A DNA stretch of 64,000 nt, taken from a candidate division WOR-3 bacterium. Lineage in GTDB: Bacteria; Hydrothermota; Tepidihabitantia; Tepidihabitantales; Tepidihabitantaceae. The stretch is taken from assembly GCA_024653355.1 (NCBI GenBank), contig JANLFQ010000001.1:640576-704575 (forward strand). Direction: 5' to 3'. Both the position numbers and the translations under genes were made by a program. Numbering within the stretch: position 1 is the stretch's first letter; each line of letters opens with the position of its first letter. A model generated the notes under the pieces. That model was not told the origin of the DNA. It did not search any database and saw nothing but the letters and a program-made list of their open reading frames with translations. Positions 47,823 through 58,342 of this stretch are shown here, in pieces.

Positions 47823-50267
47823 ATGGCTATGCAGGAAAGATTTACCGAGAGGGTTCGCAAAGTAATGTCCTATGCCCGGCAGGAGGCAATCAGGCTCCAT
47901 CACGACTACATCGGGACCGAACACATCTTGTTGGGAATTGTCAAAGAAGGTGAAGGTGTTGCCGCGGTTGTCCTCACTAACCTGGGCATCAACCTTGATG
48001 ACCTGCGTCGGGCAGTAGAAAATGCGGTGCCCGCCGGGTTTGAAACCCTGGTCCTGGGTGAGGTACCGCTGAATCAGGAGGCAAAATCGGCGCTCAACTT
48101 TGCGGTTGATGAAGCCCGCAAGATGAACCACACCTATGTCGGCACCGAACACCTCCTTCTGGGACTTTTGCGCGAAGAGCGGGGTGTTGCCTGTCAGGTC
48201 CTCCAGTCACTGGGTATTGATATTGAACTGGTCCGGCAAGAGACCATCCGGCTTCTGAGCGGTGACAAAGGAACCGCTGGCGCCAAAACCCGTTCCAAGA
48301 CCCCGGCACTGGACTACTTCTCGCGCGATTTGACCCAACTGGCGCGCGAAGAGAAACTGGACCCCATCATTGGCAGAGAAAAGGAGATTGAGCGCATTGT
48401 CCAGATTCTTGCCCGGCGTAAAAAGAACAACCCGGTTTTAATTGGCGAAGCCGGGGTAGGCAAAACCGCAATTGTTGAAGGGCTTGCCCAGCGCATTGTT
48501 GTCGGCCGGGTGCCCAATGTGTTAAAGAACAAACGGGTTCTGGCGCTCGATATGGCGGCGATTGTTGCCGGCACCAAGTATCGGGGCCAGTTTGAAGAAC
48601 GCCTGAAATCAATCCTGAATGAGATTCAACATCATGGCGACTGCATCATATTTATCGACGAAATCCACACGATTGTCGGTGCCGGTGCTGCGGAAGGCGC
48701 CATTGACGCCTCCAGCATTTTGAAACCGGCTCTTGCCCGCGGTGAGATTCAGGTGATTGGTGCCACCACACCCGAAGAGTACCGGCGCTACATTGAAAAG
48801 CACTCCGCCTTGGAGCGCCGATTCCAGAAGATTATGGTCGAACCGCCGACGGTCGCCGAAACGGTCCAGATTCTCCAGGGTCTTAAAGAGAAGTACGAAC
48901 TGCACCACAATGTCACCTATGAAGATGCGGCACTTTACGCTGCTGCCTATCTTGCCGACCGCTACATCACCGACCGTTACCTGCCGGACAAGGCGATTGA
49001 TGTCATTGACGAAGCCGGCTCCCGGGTAAAACTGTTGCGCCCGGTAATCAATCCCGAACTGGACGAAATTGAAAGTAAGATTGAGAAAATCACCCGCGCC
49101 AAAGAGGAGGCGGTCCGGCGTCAGGAGTTTGAACGCGCCGCAGAACTGCGCGACGAACAGAAGAAGTTGACCGAATACCTGAAGCGGAAACGCAAGGAGT
49201 GGGAAAAGAAGGGCAGTTTTCCGGTGGTAACCGAAGAGGACATCGCCTATGTGGTCTCCTCCTGGACATCAATCCCGCTTGCCAAACTGGAAGAAAAGGA
49301 GTCCTCCCGGCTCTTGAGAATGGAAGAGGAACTGAAACAGTGGATTGTAGGCCAGGACGAGGCGATTGCCGCCATTGCCAAGGCGATTCGGCGTTCCCGC
49401 GCCGGGGTAAAAGACCCGCGCCGGCCTATCGGCTCCTTCATCTTTTTGGGTCCAACCGGCGTCGGTAAAACCGAACTGGCACGGGTTCTTGCCCGGTTTT
49501 TGTTTGGGGACGAAAACGCCCTGCTGCGGTTTGATATGTCCGAGTATATGGAGAAGTTCAATGTCTCGCGACTCGTTGGCGCGCCCCCGGGCTATGTCGG
49601 CTACGAAGAAGGTGGCCAGTTGACCGAAAAGGTACGGCGCAAACAGTATTCGGTCGTTCTCTTTGACGAAATCGAAAAGGCGCATCCGGATGTGTTCAAC
49701 ATCCTGCTGCAGATTCTTGACGATGGTCAGATAACCGATTCGCTGGGCAGAAAGGTCAACTTCAAAAACACCGTAATAATAATGACCTCGAACATCGCCT
49801 CTACCGAAATCCGTGGCCTGTCCGGTATCGGCTTTACCCCGGCAACACCTGAGGTGAACTACGAAAACATCCGGGACAAGGTTATGACCGAAGTCAAGAG
49901 GGTGTTCCGACCGGAGTTCCTGAATCGGGTTGATGAGGTAATTGTGTTCCGGCCCTTGGACCGACCGCAGATGGAGGCGATTGTCGACATCCAGTTGCGG
50001 GAACTTTCCCGGCGCCTGGAAGAGAAAAAGATTTCCCTTGAATTGACACCAGCCGCAAAAGAACTTCTGGTTCAGGAAGGGTTTGACCCGCAGTATGGTG
50101 CCCGACCAATTAAACGGGCGCTGCGTCGCCTTCTTGAGGACCCGCTTGCCGAAGAACTGCTCCGCGGTTGCCTCGCCGAGAACGCCAAAATTCTGGTTGA
50201 CCGCGATGGCGACCGACTGATTTTCCGGGAGTCGGCCCGAGAAGCAGAAGCGCCGATCAAGGAATGA
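47823..50267 (+). CDS. clpC: ATP-dependent Clp protease ATP-binding subunit ClpC
   Basis: 814 aa. Duplicated Clp_N (…[11 protein letters not shown]… twice). Two AAA+ modules (GEAGVGKT; GPTGVGKT). Middle UVR-like region. Confidence 0.95.
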   Translation: MAMQERFTERVRKVMSYARQEAIRLHHDYIGTEHILLGIVKEGEGVAAVVLTNLGINLDDLRRAVENAVPAGFETLVLGEVPLNQEAKSALNFAVDEARKMNHTYVGTEHLLLGLLREERGVACQVLQSLGIDIELVRQETIRLLSGDKGTAGAKTRSKTPALDYFSRDLTQLAREEKLDPIIGREKEIERIVQILARRKKNNPVLIGEAGVGKTAIVEGLAQRIVVGRVPNVLKNKRVLALDMAAIVAGTKYRGQFEERLKSILNEIQHHGDCIIFIDEIHTIVGAGAAEGAIDASSILKPALARGEIQVIGATTPEEYRRYIEKHSALERRFQKIMVEPPTVAETVQILQGLKEKYELHHNVTYEDAALYAAAYLADRYITDRYLPDKAIDVIDEAGSRVKLLRPVINPELDEIESKIEKITRAKEEAVRRQEFERAAELRDEQKKLTEYLKRKRKEWEKKGSFPVVTEEDIAYVVSSWTSIPLAKLEEKESSRLLRMEEELKQWIVGQDEAIAAIAKAIRRSRAGVKDPRRPIGSFIFLGPTGVGKTELARVLARFLFGDENALLRFDMSEYMEKFNVSRLVGAPPGYVGYEEGGQLTEKVRRKQYSVVLFDEIEKAHPDVFNILLQILDDGQITDSLGRKVNFKNTVIIMTSNIASTEIRGLSGIGFTPATPEVNYENIRDKVMTEVKRVFRPEFLNRVDEVIVFRPLDRPQMEAIVDIQLRELSRRLEEKKISLELTPAAKELLVQEGFDPQYGARPIKRALRRLLEDPLAEELLRGCLAENAKILVDRDGDRLIFRESAREAEAPIKE

Positions 50268-52501
50268 CATCCCTTTTACTGGCGCTTTTGCTTGCGACCC
50301 AGTGGAGTTTAGATACCAACCGGTTAGTTCTTCTCGACATCTCTGCCCAGACTAAAAACACCGACCCCAACCTCGTCATCCGTGCGGCCGGTTTGACGCC
50401 AAAATCGGTTTACACGACGGGTAGTTTCCGTACCGCATTAGCCGAAGCCATCAGAAAGATTTACGAACTGGGTCTGTTTGCGCAAATTCGTGCCGAGACG
50501 ACGATGGTTGCCGATGGTGTTAAACTGAACTTTGTCCTTGAAGAGTATCCGAAACTCAAATCGGTCCAGTTCGAGGGCTATCGCCGGGTCAAGAAAAAGG
50601 ACCTGCAATCAAAAGTAAAACTGCGCGAAGGCGAAATCCTGACCGAAAAGAAGGTTTTTGACCTGAAACAGGAACTGCTTAAACTCTATAAACAGAAGGG
50701 TTTTCTCCTTGTCAAAATTGAGCCCCAGCAATCGCGTCCTGATTCAACCGGCGCCGTGGTCCTCACCTATCAGATTGACGAAGGCGACCCGGTGCGTATC
50801 CGCAAAATTGAAATCTACGGCAACGAAAATTTTACCGACCAGCAGATTAAAAAGAAACTCACCAACAAAGAGAAGGTCTGGTATCGCAAGGGGCAGTTAA
50901 AAGAAGACGAGTTTGCCAAAGACCTCGACCGTATCGTCGAATTTTACAAACAGCGCGGCTTCATTGAAGCCCGGGTCCTTGACTACGAGATGAAGTACGA
51001 CCAGGGCTGGGTGGACATCACCATCTATGTCGCGGAAGGTAAGAAGTACTTCTTCGGCAACTTTACATTTCAGGGCGATTCGGTCATTAGCGCCGAACGG
51101 CTCAAAAAACTGGTCCGCTATCGACCGGGTGCGGTTTACAACATCAAACTTGCCCAGAACACCCTGACCGACATCTATTCGCTCTACGCTGAAGAAGGCT
51201 ACATTTATGCCCAGGTCAGCCCAATAGAACAGATTAGCGCCGACACCGTGCACATCACCTACGAAATTACCGAAGGGCTGCCGGCGTTTATTCGGCTCGT
51301 CCAGATTGAAGGCAATCAACAAACTAAAGACAAGGTCATCCGTCGGGAAATCAGTTCGTTACCGGGCTACCCTTTCAAACGGTCTGAGGTGCTGCGCAGC
51401 CAGCGCGACATATTCAACCTCGGCTTCTTTGAAGATGTTTCCCTTGACTATCGCCGCGTTGACACCACCGGCGCAATTGACCTTATCTACAAGGTCAAGG
51501 AGAAAAGTTTCTTTGGCACCATCGGCGCCGGTGTTTCCTATTCTGCCCAGGATCAGTTCACCGGCTATGTTGAACTCCAGCAACCCAACCTCTTGGGACA
51601 GGGCTGGCGCACCAACCTCAAACTGGAAAAGGGCAGCAAAAAAACCAACTTCCAGTTGAGTTTTACCGAACCCTGGCTTTTTGACACTCCAACCTCGGCC
51701 GGTTTTGACGCTTTTTATCTCACCCGGGATTACGACTACTACAACAAACAGGAGATCAGCGGTGGCGTTTCTTTCTCCCGGCCGCTGATGCTTGACTACA
51801 CCCGCGCCTATCTCGGTTTACGGGTAAGTGATGCCTATGTCCCGCCCGCTTCTATCACCGCCAGTTACAAGCCTTCAAAACTGTTCAATGTTTACCGGGA
51901 CACAGTGCATAAAACCTCGTTTATTCCTTCAATCACCCTGACGCGCGACTCGCGCGACTACATCTACAACCCCTTGACCGGTTCGGCAATAACCTACACC
52001 GTTGACCTTTCTGTCGGTGACATCCGGTTCCAGCGTCACACCATCGACATCACCCAGCACCTTCCCCTTTTCTGGAAATTTGGCTTAAAAGGCAGAACCC
52101 GGTTCGGCTACATCACGGGCTTCTCGCCCGCTGATACCGTACCCCTTTACGAGAGGTTTTACCCCGGCGGCACCGGTCCTGATGGTATTCGGGGTTATGG
52201 CGAGCGCACGGTCGGTCCTTACGACGCTGGCTATCCGGTTGGCGGCAGAATGCTTGCCCTCTTCTCGCTGGAGTACAAACTTCGACTCAACCCGCAACTG
52301 TCATTCCTCGCCTTTTTCGATGCGGGCAACACCTGGGACCGGCCAAACCAGTTCAACCTTTCTGACCTGAAAAGGGGTGCGGGAATCGGTGTTCGTCTGG
52401 AAATACCGATGCTCGGTTTGATTGGGTTTGACTTGGGCTACGGGTTTGATAAAGCCCGACCGGGCTGGGAACCCCACTTCCAGTTAGGAACCACCTTTTA
52501 A
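50264..52501 (+). CDS. bamA: Outer-membrane protein assembly factor BamA
   Basis: 745 aa. Five POTRA-length repeats plus an Omp85 barrel. C-terminal …FQLGTTF. ATGA overlap with the clpC stop. Confidence 0.9.
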   Translation: MTSLLLALLLATQWSLDTNRLVLLDISAQTKNTDPNLVIRAAGLTPKSVYTTGSFRTALAEAIRKIYELGLFAQIRAETTMVADGVKLNFVLEEYPKLKSVQFEGYRRVKKKDLQSKVKLREGEILTEKKVFDLKQELLKLYKQKGFLLVKIEPQQSRPDSTGAVVLTYQIDEGDPVRIRKIEIYGNENFTDQQIKKKLTNKEKVWYRKGQLKEDEFAKDLDRIVEFYKQRGFIEARVLDYEMKYDQGWVDITIYVAEGKKYFFGNFTFQGDSVISAERLKKLVRYRPGAVYNIKLAQNTLTDIYSLYAEEGYIYAQVSPIEQISADTVHITYEITEGLPAFIRLVQIEGNQQTKDKVIRREISSLPGYPFKRSEVLRSQRDIFNLGFFEDVSLDYRRVDTTGAIDLIYKVKEKSFFGTIGAGVSYSAQDQFTGYVELQQPNLLGQGWRTNLKLEKGSKKTNFQLSFTEPWLFDTPTSAGFDAFYLTRDYDYYNKQEISGGVSFSRPLMLDYTRAYLGLRVSDAYVPPASITASYKPSKLFNVYRDTVHKTSFIPSITLTRDSRDYIYNPLTGSAITYTVDLSVGDIRFQRHTIDITQHLPLFWKFGLKGRTRFGYITGFSPADTVPLYERFYPGGTGPDGIRGYGERTVGPYDAGYPVGGRMLALFSLEYKLRLNPQLSFLAFFDAGNTWDRPNQFNLSDLKRGAGIGVRLEIPMLGLIGFDLGYGFDKARPGWEPHFQLGTTF

Positions 52502-52549
52502 ACATCTAAATCGTTAAATCTTTCCTATCTGCCGAACACTATCTCTGAA

Positions 52550-54178
52550 TCACCGTGTTTTCACCAGCCTTGTCTTCTGAATTCCCGAAGGACCAACAAG
52601 AAAGTAAATGCCCGGAGTTAGGTTGTGGATATCGTTCGAACCCGTTTGCAAGCGCATTAACTTTCTGCCCATCGGGTCCAAAACATCGGCAAAATCAGCA
52701 CCACTCAACATAACAACATCATTGACCATTAACGAACGCCGATTATCACCAAGCCTGATAACCGGTTCTTCCTGTACCGCCTGCGGATATTGCTCAATCG
52801 GTCCAAGCGGGTCAAGATTGCGTCCCCGCAAGCCGGAGTAGTCAATCGGGTAGCGCCGCGCCTTAAACACCTGATTCGCACCCGCGGGTAAAATTCTACC
52901 CTGCTCCTGTGGACCATATCGAGTAACCGGGTTAACATATTCCCAGACCTGGCGACCATCAGGCGTTACCTCCAGCATCGTTCCGTTCAAGCCACTACAT
53001 ATCAAAGTGTTACCATTGGGCAAACGCTGACAGCCCGAAATCAGACTGGAGTACAGACTCTCGGGTATTGGTGCAACATATTGCCATATCGGCGCCGCAG
53101 GCCCGTATGCCGAATCCGCACCAAGATGGTAAAACCCAGCCGAATCCATCGGCGGCACAAACTCGTCAACGGTTGAAAATGTCGGAACCCGACCGTAACC
53201 GTTGTTGAAAAGTAAGATATTTCCGGCACCGGGCAGTCCCGGTTCAATCCATTGCGCATCGTGCTGGCCAAAAAGTGTCTGACCTATCGTTTCCTGACGG
53301 CGATAAGTTCGGGGATTTCCCCAGCGATAGAGCAAATCACCACCTCTGCCATAGCGGCCACCAGAGTGGCTCCGGGCTTGTTCAATCGTTGTTGAATGGT
53401 CAATAACCCAGACTTCAGAGAACTGCCGGCTGCTTATTATAACCTGGTCAAGTTCTTGATTGTAGGCGACGCTGTTACAGTGATTCCAGTCGGCAACCGC
53501 CATTCCTGATACATAATTCAGGTCAATCAACTCGGGATGGGCACGGGGGTCACCGTAGTTGGGCTTAGTTGAATCGTAATCCTGAATCAGATGGTCCCAG
53601 ACATGCCACTCCCATACAATTGAATTCGTTGCCGGATTGACTTCAATTAAGTGGTCAGGCCAGAGCGCGTTGTAAATTAGAAGGTTGGGGTTTCTCCCTG
53701 CCGCAATCGCCTCTTCCCGACTCTTCAACTCCCAGGCAATCATCAAGATGTTGCCATTTGGTAACATTATCGCATCGTGATGCTGGCAATAGGTTGAACT
53801 TGAGTAATCAAATGCCCAGACCACCGCACCGTCCCAATCAACCAGTTCTACCCGACCGCCCGAACCACCGCCACCGAAAAACACCCCATTACCTACCTGG
53901 CAGGTTCGTAAAAGCAAGCCGTTCGGGCACAGGTTGACCGACAAACCGGGCCAATAGACACCGGTCCAGGAGTGCACCATCATTCCATTGTTGTCGATAA
54001 GATAAACTACCGTGTACGACATTGGAGCAAAAAGGGTGTAACCGGGAAAATCCGCAGTTGAGTCCCGGAAAATCAGCCCCATCGTTCTGATGTTGGCTGT
54101 GTAACCCGGGCGGGCAAACAGCAGGAGGCAAAGAACACAAAGAGCAAAACGGACTCGGTAAAGCCAAGTCACTGACAC
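52550..54178 (-). CDS. Arylsulfotransferase (ASST)-like beta-propeller protein with T9SS C-terminal sorting domain
   Basis: 542 aa. QHHDAIMLPNGNILMIAWE and WNHCNSVAYNQELDQVIISSRQFSEVWVIDH resemble ASST family motifs. C-terminal domain …PGIYFLVGPSGIQKTRLVKTR. Confidence 0.55.
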   Translation of the reverse strand: MSVTWLYRVRFALCVLCLLLFARPGYTANIRTMGLIFRDSTADFPGYTLFAPMSYTVVYLIDNNGMMVHSWTGVYWPGLSVNLCPNGLLLRTCQVGNGVFFGGGGSGGRVELVDWDGAVVWAFDYSSSTYCQHHDAIMLPNGNILMIAWELKSREEAIAAGRNPNLLIYNALWPDHLIEVNPATNSIVWEWHVWDHLIQDYDSTKPNYGDPRAHPELIDLNYVSGMAVADWNHCNSVAYNQELDQVIISSRQFSEVWVIDHSTTIEQARSHSGGRYGRGGDLLYRWGNPRTYRRQETIGQTLFGQHDAQWIEPGLPGAGNILLFNNGYGRVPTFSTVDEFVPPMDSAGFYHLGADSAYGPAAPIWQYVAPIPESLYSSLISGCQRLPNGNTLICSGLNGTMLEVTPDGRQVWEYVNPVTRYGPQEQGRILPAGANQVFKARRYPIDYSGLRGRNLDPLGPIEQYPQAVQEEPVIRLGDNRRSLMVNDVVMLSGADFADVLDPMGRKLMRLQTGSNDIHNLTPGIYFLVGPSGIQKTRLVKTR

Positions 54179-54361
54179 CTCCTTTTAAAAATTCCACACG
54201 AACTCATGACGCAATGCTTTCCTCACCAGCAGTAAGATGATAACACAACCGTCACCGGAGTCAATAAGCTTCGATAAACGAAAATTGGGCTGCGAATAAG
54301 CAACTTTGTAACAAATTGACTTAATAACTTTGCGTAGTATAATAAATATCAGGAGGGATAA

Positions 54362-55213
54362 ATGAAAAAATACAACAACAATCCTGTGCTACTCAACATA
54401 GGCATCTGGTTTGCCCTGAGTATCACGATTGTATCAATGGTGGCTGACATCATTGTAAGACCGCCACTGCTGTGGCTCACCCTAATGCCCACATACGGAC
54501 TTGCGGTTTTCGTTTTTCTTCACAGTTTGAAGTTCTGGGAAACGAGGCAGGCGCTGTGGTTTCTCGCCCTCGGGCTGATACTACCCTACATCGCTGAATA
54601 CCTTGGAACCAACTTTGGCGCCATCTTTGGTAGCCACTGGTTTGCCCGCATCCGGGACCTGCGTATTCAAGTTGGGGTAATGCTTCCGGGCAGGATTCCA
54701 TTAAACACCGTCCTTCTCTGGTATGCCTTACTCTATCTTGTATTCTTAACCGGAATCTACCTTGTTGATGCAACTCCAAAATACTTAAGCGCTTACAGTG
54801 CCACACCCCTGGCGGCAGCATTTCTTATCACACTCTGGCAACTGACTGCTGGTCCAGTTGCAATCAACCGGGGTACCATCGGCTTCGTCAGTAAAGGTTT
54901 CTATCACGGCATACCCCTTTCTAACTTTGCGGGCTGGTTTGCCACAACACTGTTTATCATATCCTTTTTGCAGGCAATCGAACCCAATCTGGTAAACGCC
55001 GCCCGCTTTTACAAGTCTAAAAGCCCAATCCCCATCCTGCCGCTACTCTTGCTCGGGGTGAGCATACTACATAATACGCTCCTCTGTTTCCGAATGGAAC
55101 TTCTTGGTGCCGCCTGGTTGGGTGTTGCGGTTCTGCTTTTGTACTCACTCGCTATCGCCATCCGGGCAAAAAGCCACACGGCGATTCAACTGGAGGCACT
55201 GCCGATCGCCTGA
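54362..55213 (+). CDS. Polytopic membrane protein, DUF422/CruF-like (putative carotenoid hydratase family)
   Basis: 283 aa, about 8 transmembrane segments. HG.P.SNFAGW motif as in DUF422 proteins. Weak assignment. Confidence 0.35.
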   Translation: MKKYNNNPVLLNIGIWFALSITIVSMVADIIVRPPLLWLTLMPTYGLAVFVFLHSLKFWETRQALWFLALGLILPYIAEYLGTNFGAIFGSHWFARIRDLRIQVGVMLPGRIPLNTVLLWYALLYLVFLTGIYLVDATPKYLSAYSATPLAAAFLITLWQLTAGPVAINRGTIGFVSKGFYHGIPLSNFAGWFATTLFIISFLQAIEPNLVNAARFYKSKSPIPILPLLLLGVSILHNTLLCFRMELLGAAWLGVAVLLLYSLAIAIRAKSHTAIQLEALPIA

Positions 55214-55261
55214 TAGCAACTTAAATATTGACTTATTTTATAATCAAATATAATAAACCCA

Positions 55262-57865
55262 ATGGTTCTATTGCTCGCTTTACTATCAATCCAGTTCACT
55301 TTAACCGACCTTATTCAACAACAGGACTACGCCGCTGCCGTCCAATATTGCCACCAGCGATTAAACAGGAAGTCCGATGACCTGCCAATTATGCACAACC
55401 TCGCCCGGGTGTTTGCTCGCTGGCACCGATTTGACTCCAGCCTTTACTGGTGGGAAAAGGCGCTAAAGATTAACCCGAATGACGATTCGGCAATTGTGGG
55501 TCGCTGGCAGGCGCTTTATGAACTGAACAAAAACGACCCCTCTCGTATCGACTCAATCCGGCTTCTGATAAAAACCGAGGCACTACCCTATTTCCTCGAC
55601 ACCTCCTCTTACCGCAGTCAGGTTCTCGGTTATCAGGGGATGATACTTGCTGACACCGTTCTGGGCAATAAAGCCGCCGGGGTTTTAACCGCTCTTTTTC
55701 CGGACTCTGCCCTGGGCTATGAGCTAATTGGCGCAATGTTCTACGACTCGCTTTATCCAATATGGAACAACGACACCGCAAAGGTGCTGGTAATCTCTCG
55801 TTTTCTCACCCGCTATCCCAAAACCGAATGGCGCGCGACATTTTACTTTTTCCTTTTAAGTTCCCTGTACGCACTGAAAGACACATTCGGGCTGGTAGAT
55901 ATTACCCAGCAGATGTTAAGGGACGACAGCCTTGACCCATTCCGCTACCGCTATGCCGCCGCACTGTTTAACCGTCTGCGGTTTCGGCCCCGAATTGCCG
56001 AAATCTATGCCCGGCGGGCAATCGAATTGGAACCGCGGGCACGAAAACCTCGCAACAAACCCGAGGAAGAGTGGCAACTGGAATATCCACCGCTGTTTGG
56101 GCTTGCCCGTACCGCCCTTGCCGAAGCGCTCATAATTCAGCATCGGCACCTTGAAGCATTGCCCTACCTCAAAGAGGCGATAAACCGGTTCCGCTGGGAT
56201 GTTCAGAATGAAATGACGCCCGCACCCTTCTACTGCCTGCTGGGCGAAGTTTATGAGTATCAGGGCAAAAATGACAGCGCCCAACTCGCCTATCTGAAGG
56301 CACTCGCCTATGGCGACTCCCGTAACTATTGGACGGCTCGGGCTGATACCGCACTGCAGCGGTTGGGAATAAGCGGACCAGAGCAACTTGTCCGTGCACG
56401 CCAACTTTTGAACTACTCCGGACCAATTTTCACCGATGTCACCGACTCGGTTGGTCTCACCGGTCGCAATGAAACAAGGGTTGCCTGGGGTGATTACAAC
56501 AACGACGGGTTTGAAGACCTCTTACTCAATGGCTGCCGCCTGTTCCGGAACGATTCGGGCATTCGGTTTACCGATGTGACCGACGCCGCAGGTATTTCAG
56601 CGATTAAAGGGCGTGGCGGTATCTGGTTCGACTTCAACAACGACTACTGGCTTGACCTCTATATCAGCGGTGCCGACACCGTTGATTACCTTCTGAAAAA
56701 TTGTTTCGGTAAATTTACCAATGTTACCGAATCGCTCGGTTCGCCTTCTGACCCATATCCGACCGAAGGCGTTGGTGCCGCCGATTTCGACCAGGATGGC
56801 TGGATTGACCTTTACTGCGCCAACTACGAAAACTGGGAAACCCACACCTACTACCCGGACCGGCTCTATAAAAATGAACAGGGCTTTTTCAAAGATGTCA
56901 CCGAGCCTGCTGGCATCATCCCGCCTTACGGCGAAAATCTTGCCGGACGTGGTGTCAACTGGGCAGACTTTGACGACGATGGCTATCCGGACTGCTATGT
57001 GTCAAATTACCGTCTCGGCCCGAATTTCCTCTGGCACAACAAAGGAGATGGCACATTTGAAAACCTTGCCCCAAAATTAGGTGTCGCCGGTGATGAAGTA
57101 AAAGGCTGGTATGGGCACTCAATTGGCTCGGCTTGGGCTGATTACGACAACGACGGCGACCTCGACCTTTTCGTTGCCAACCTTGCCCATCCCCGTTACA
57201 TCGAGTTTTCCAACCGTTCAATCCTCTATGAAAATCGTGGGCTTAAGCAACACCCTCGATTTGTTGACCGCCGGGCACAACTTGGTATCCGTTACGAAGA
57301 AACCCATTCTGACCCCGCCTGGGCAGATGTTGACAACGACGGCGACCTTGACCTATTTATCACCTCAATTTACGAAGGCAGGCGCTCCTTCTTGTACCTC
57401 AACCAACTGATTCCCAACCCTGCGCCTCAAATCGATTTTGGCAACTTTCGTTTCCAGGAGGCAACCTACCTTGCCGGAACCCGGACCTACAACGGCTGGG
57501 GTTGTGCCTTTGCCGATTACGACAACGATGGTGACCTTGACCTCGTGGTCGGTTCCAGTTCGGGCATAAGACTGTTCCGCAACGACACCCGTAACTCAAA
57601 CCACTGGCTCAAGATAAAACTTGTTGGCACGAAACACAACGCTGCCGGTATCGGAGCGCGTATCATCGTCACCCAGGGCAAGAAACAATACCTCAGAGAA
57701 GTTGAAGGCGGTAAAGGAACTACCAGCCAAAACTCCCTCGTCCAGCACTTTGGACTGGGAAACTCAAATCAACCGGTAACGGTTAAAGTGCGCTTCGGCA
57801 TAAACTCACCGGTAATCCTGAAAGATGTCTCCCCGGACCATATGATAATTGTTACTGAACCCTGA
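55262..57865 (+). CDS. TPR + FG-GAP/VCBS-repeat protein with C-terminal ASPIC/UnbV domain (CRTAC1-like)
   Basis: 867 aa. Seven D.DNDG.(L/D)D(L).. calcium-binding FG-GAP repeats. C-terminal …HWLKIKLVGTKHNAAGIGARIIV…, typical of ASPIC/UnbV. Confidence 0.7.
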   Translation: MVLLLALLSIQFTLTDLIQQQDYAAAVQYCHQRLNRKSDDLPIMHNLARVFARWHRFDSSLYWWEKALKINPNDDSAIVGRWQALYELNKNDPSRIDSIRLLIKTEALPYFLDTSSYRSQVLGYQGMILADTVLGNKAAGVLTALFPDSALGYELIGAMFYDSLYPIWNNDTAKVLVISRFLTRYPKTEWRATFYFFLLSSLYALKDTFGLVDITQQMLRDDSLDPFRYRYAAALFNRLRFRPRIAEIYARRAIELEPRARKPRNKPEEEWQLEYPPLFGLARTALAEALIIQHRHLEALPYLKEAINRFRWDVQNEMTPAPFYCLLGEVYEYQGKNDSAQLAYLKALAYGDSRNYWTARADTALQRLGISGPEQLVRARQLLNYSGPIFTDVTDSVGLTGRNETRVAWGDYNNDGFEDLLLNGCRLFRNDSGIRFTDVTDAAGISAIKGRGGIWFDFNNDYWLDLYISGADTVDYLLKNCFGKFTNVTESLGSPSDPYPTEGVGAADFDQDGWIDLYCANYENWETHTYYPDRLYKNEQGFFKDVTEPAGIIPPYGENLAGRGVNWADFDDDGYPDCYVSNYRLGPNFLWHNKGDGTFENLAPKLGVAGDEVKGWYGHSIGSAWADYDNDGDLDLFVANLAHPRYIEFSNRSILYENRGLKQHPRFVDRRAQLGIRYEETHSDPAWADVDNDGDLDLFITSIYEGRRSFLYLNQLIPNPAPQIDFGNFRFQEATYLAGTRTYNGWGCAFADYDNDGDLDLVVGSSSGIRLFRNDTRNSNHWLKIKLVGTKHNAAGIGARIIVTQGKKQYLREVEGGKGTTSQNSLVQHFGLGNSNQPVTVKVRFGINSPVILKDVSPDHMIIVTEP

Positions 57866-57914
57866 CCTTAAATCTTTACCTCTTTTTTACCGGGAAAATA
57901 TTCAAAGGCATTAG

Positions 57915-57942
57915 TTGACATTATACAGTTTGCCTTTAAAAT
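57915..57942 (+). promoter_or_regulatory. Sigma70-type promoter TTGACA-N16-TAAAAT for tRNA-Phe/rpsT
   Basis: Consensus -35. The -10 lies 9 nt before the tRNA 5' end. Confidence 0.5.
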
Positions 57943-57951
57943 TAGTTCGCT

Positions 57952-58024
57952 GCCGGGATAGCTCAGTTGGTAGAGCACGGGACTGAAAATCCCGGTGTCC
58001 ACAGTTCGATTCTGTGTCCCGGCA
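57952..58024 (+). tRNA. tRNA-Phe (anticodon GAA)
   Basis: GCCGGGATAGCTCAGTTGGTAGAGCACGGGACTGAAAATCCCGGTGTCCACAGTTCGATTCTGTGTCCCGGCA. Cloverleaf folds by hand. Anticodon loop CTGAAAA. Confidence 0.85.
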
Positions 58025-58052
58025 CTTTTAGTAATAAGCCGATGGAGGACGA

Positions 58053-58310
58053 TTGGCAAAAAGAAGTTTATCGGCAATTAAACAGGCAAGAAAAAGTCTG
58101 CGCCAGCGGATGCGCAATCGCGCTCGTAAAACCGCCCTGAAAAAGGCGGTCAAACTGGTGCGGGTAGCAAAAACAAAGGAAGAAGCATTGAAAGCCTTTG
58201 CTGCTGCCCAATCGGTAATCGACCGCTGTGCCCGGCACCGTGTCATTCATCCGAACGCCGCCAGCCGGCTCAAGGCACGCCTGATGAAACAGATATCCTA
58301 TCTCTCATAA
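58053..58310 (+). CDS. rpsT: 30S ribosomal protein S20
   Basis: 85 aa. TTG start 4 nt after GGAGG. AKRSLSAIKQARKSLRQRMRNRARKTALK is classic S20. Confidence 0.9.
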   Translation: MAKRSLSAIKQARKSLRQRMRNRARKTALKKAVKLVRVAKTKEEALKAFAAAQSVIDRCARHRVIHPNAASRLKARLMKQISYLS

Positions 58311-58342
58311 ATCTTGCGCCGCTGCTGGGGTGAACAGGGTGA

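Noticed and set aside
49269-50270. 333-aa ORF on the minus strand
   Set aside because: It lies entirely antisense to the well-supported clpC gene. It has no motifs, and its high-GC frame is an artefact.
55916-56404. 162-aa minus-strand ORF
   Set aside because: Antisense to the TPR/FG-GAP gene.
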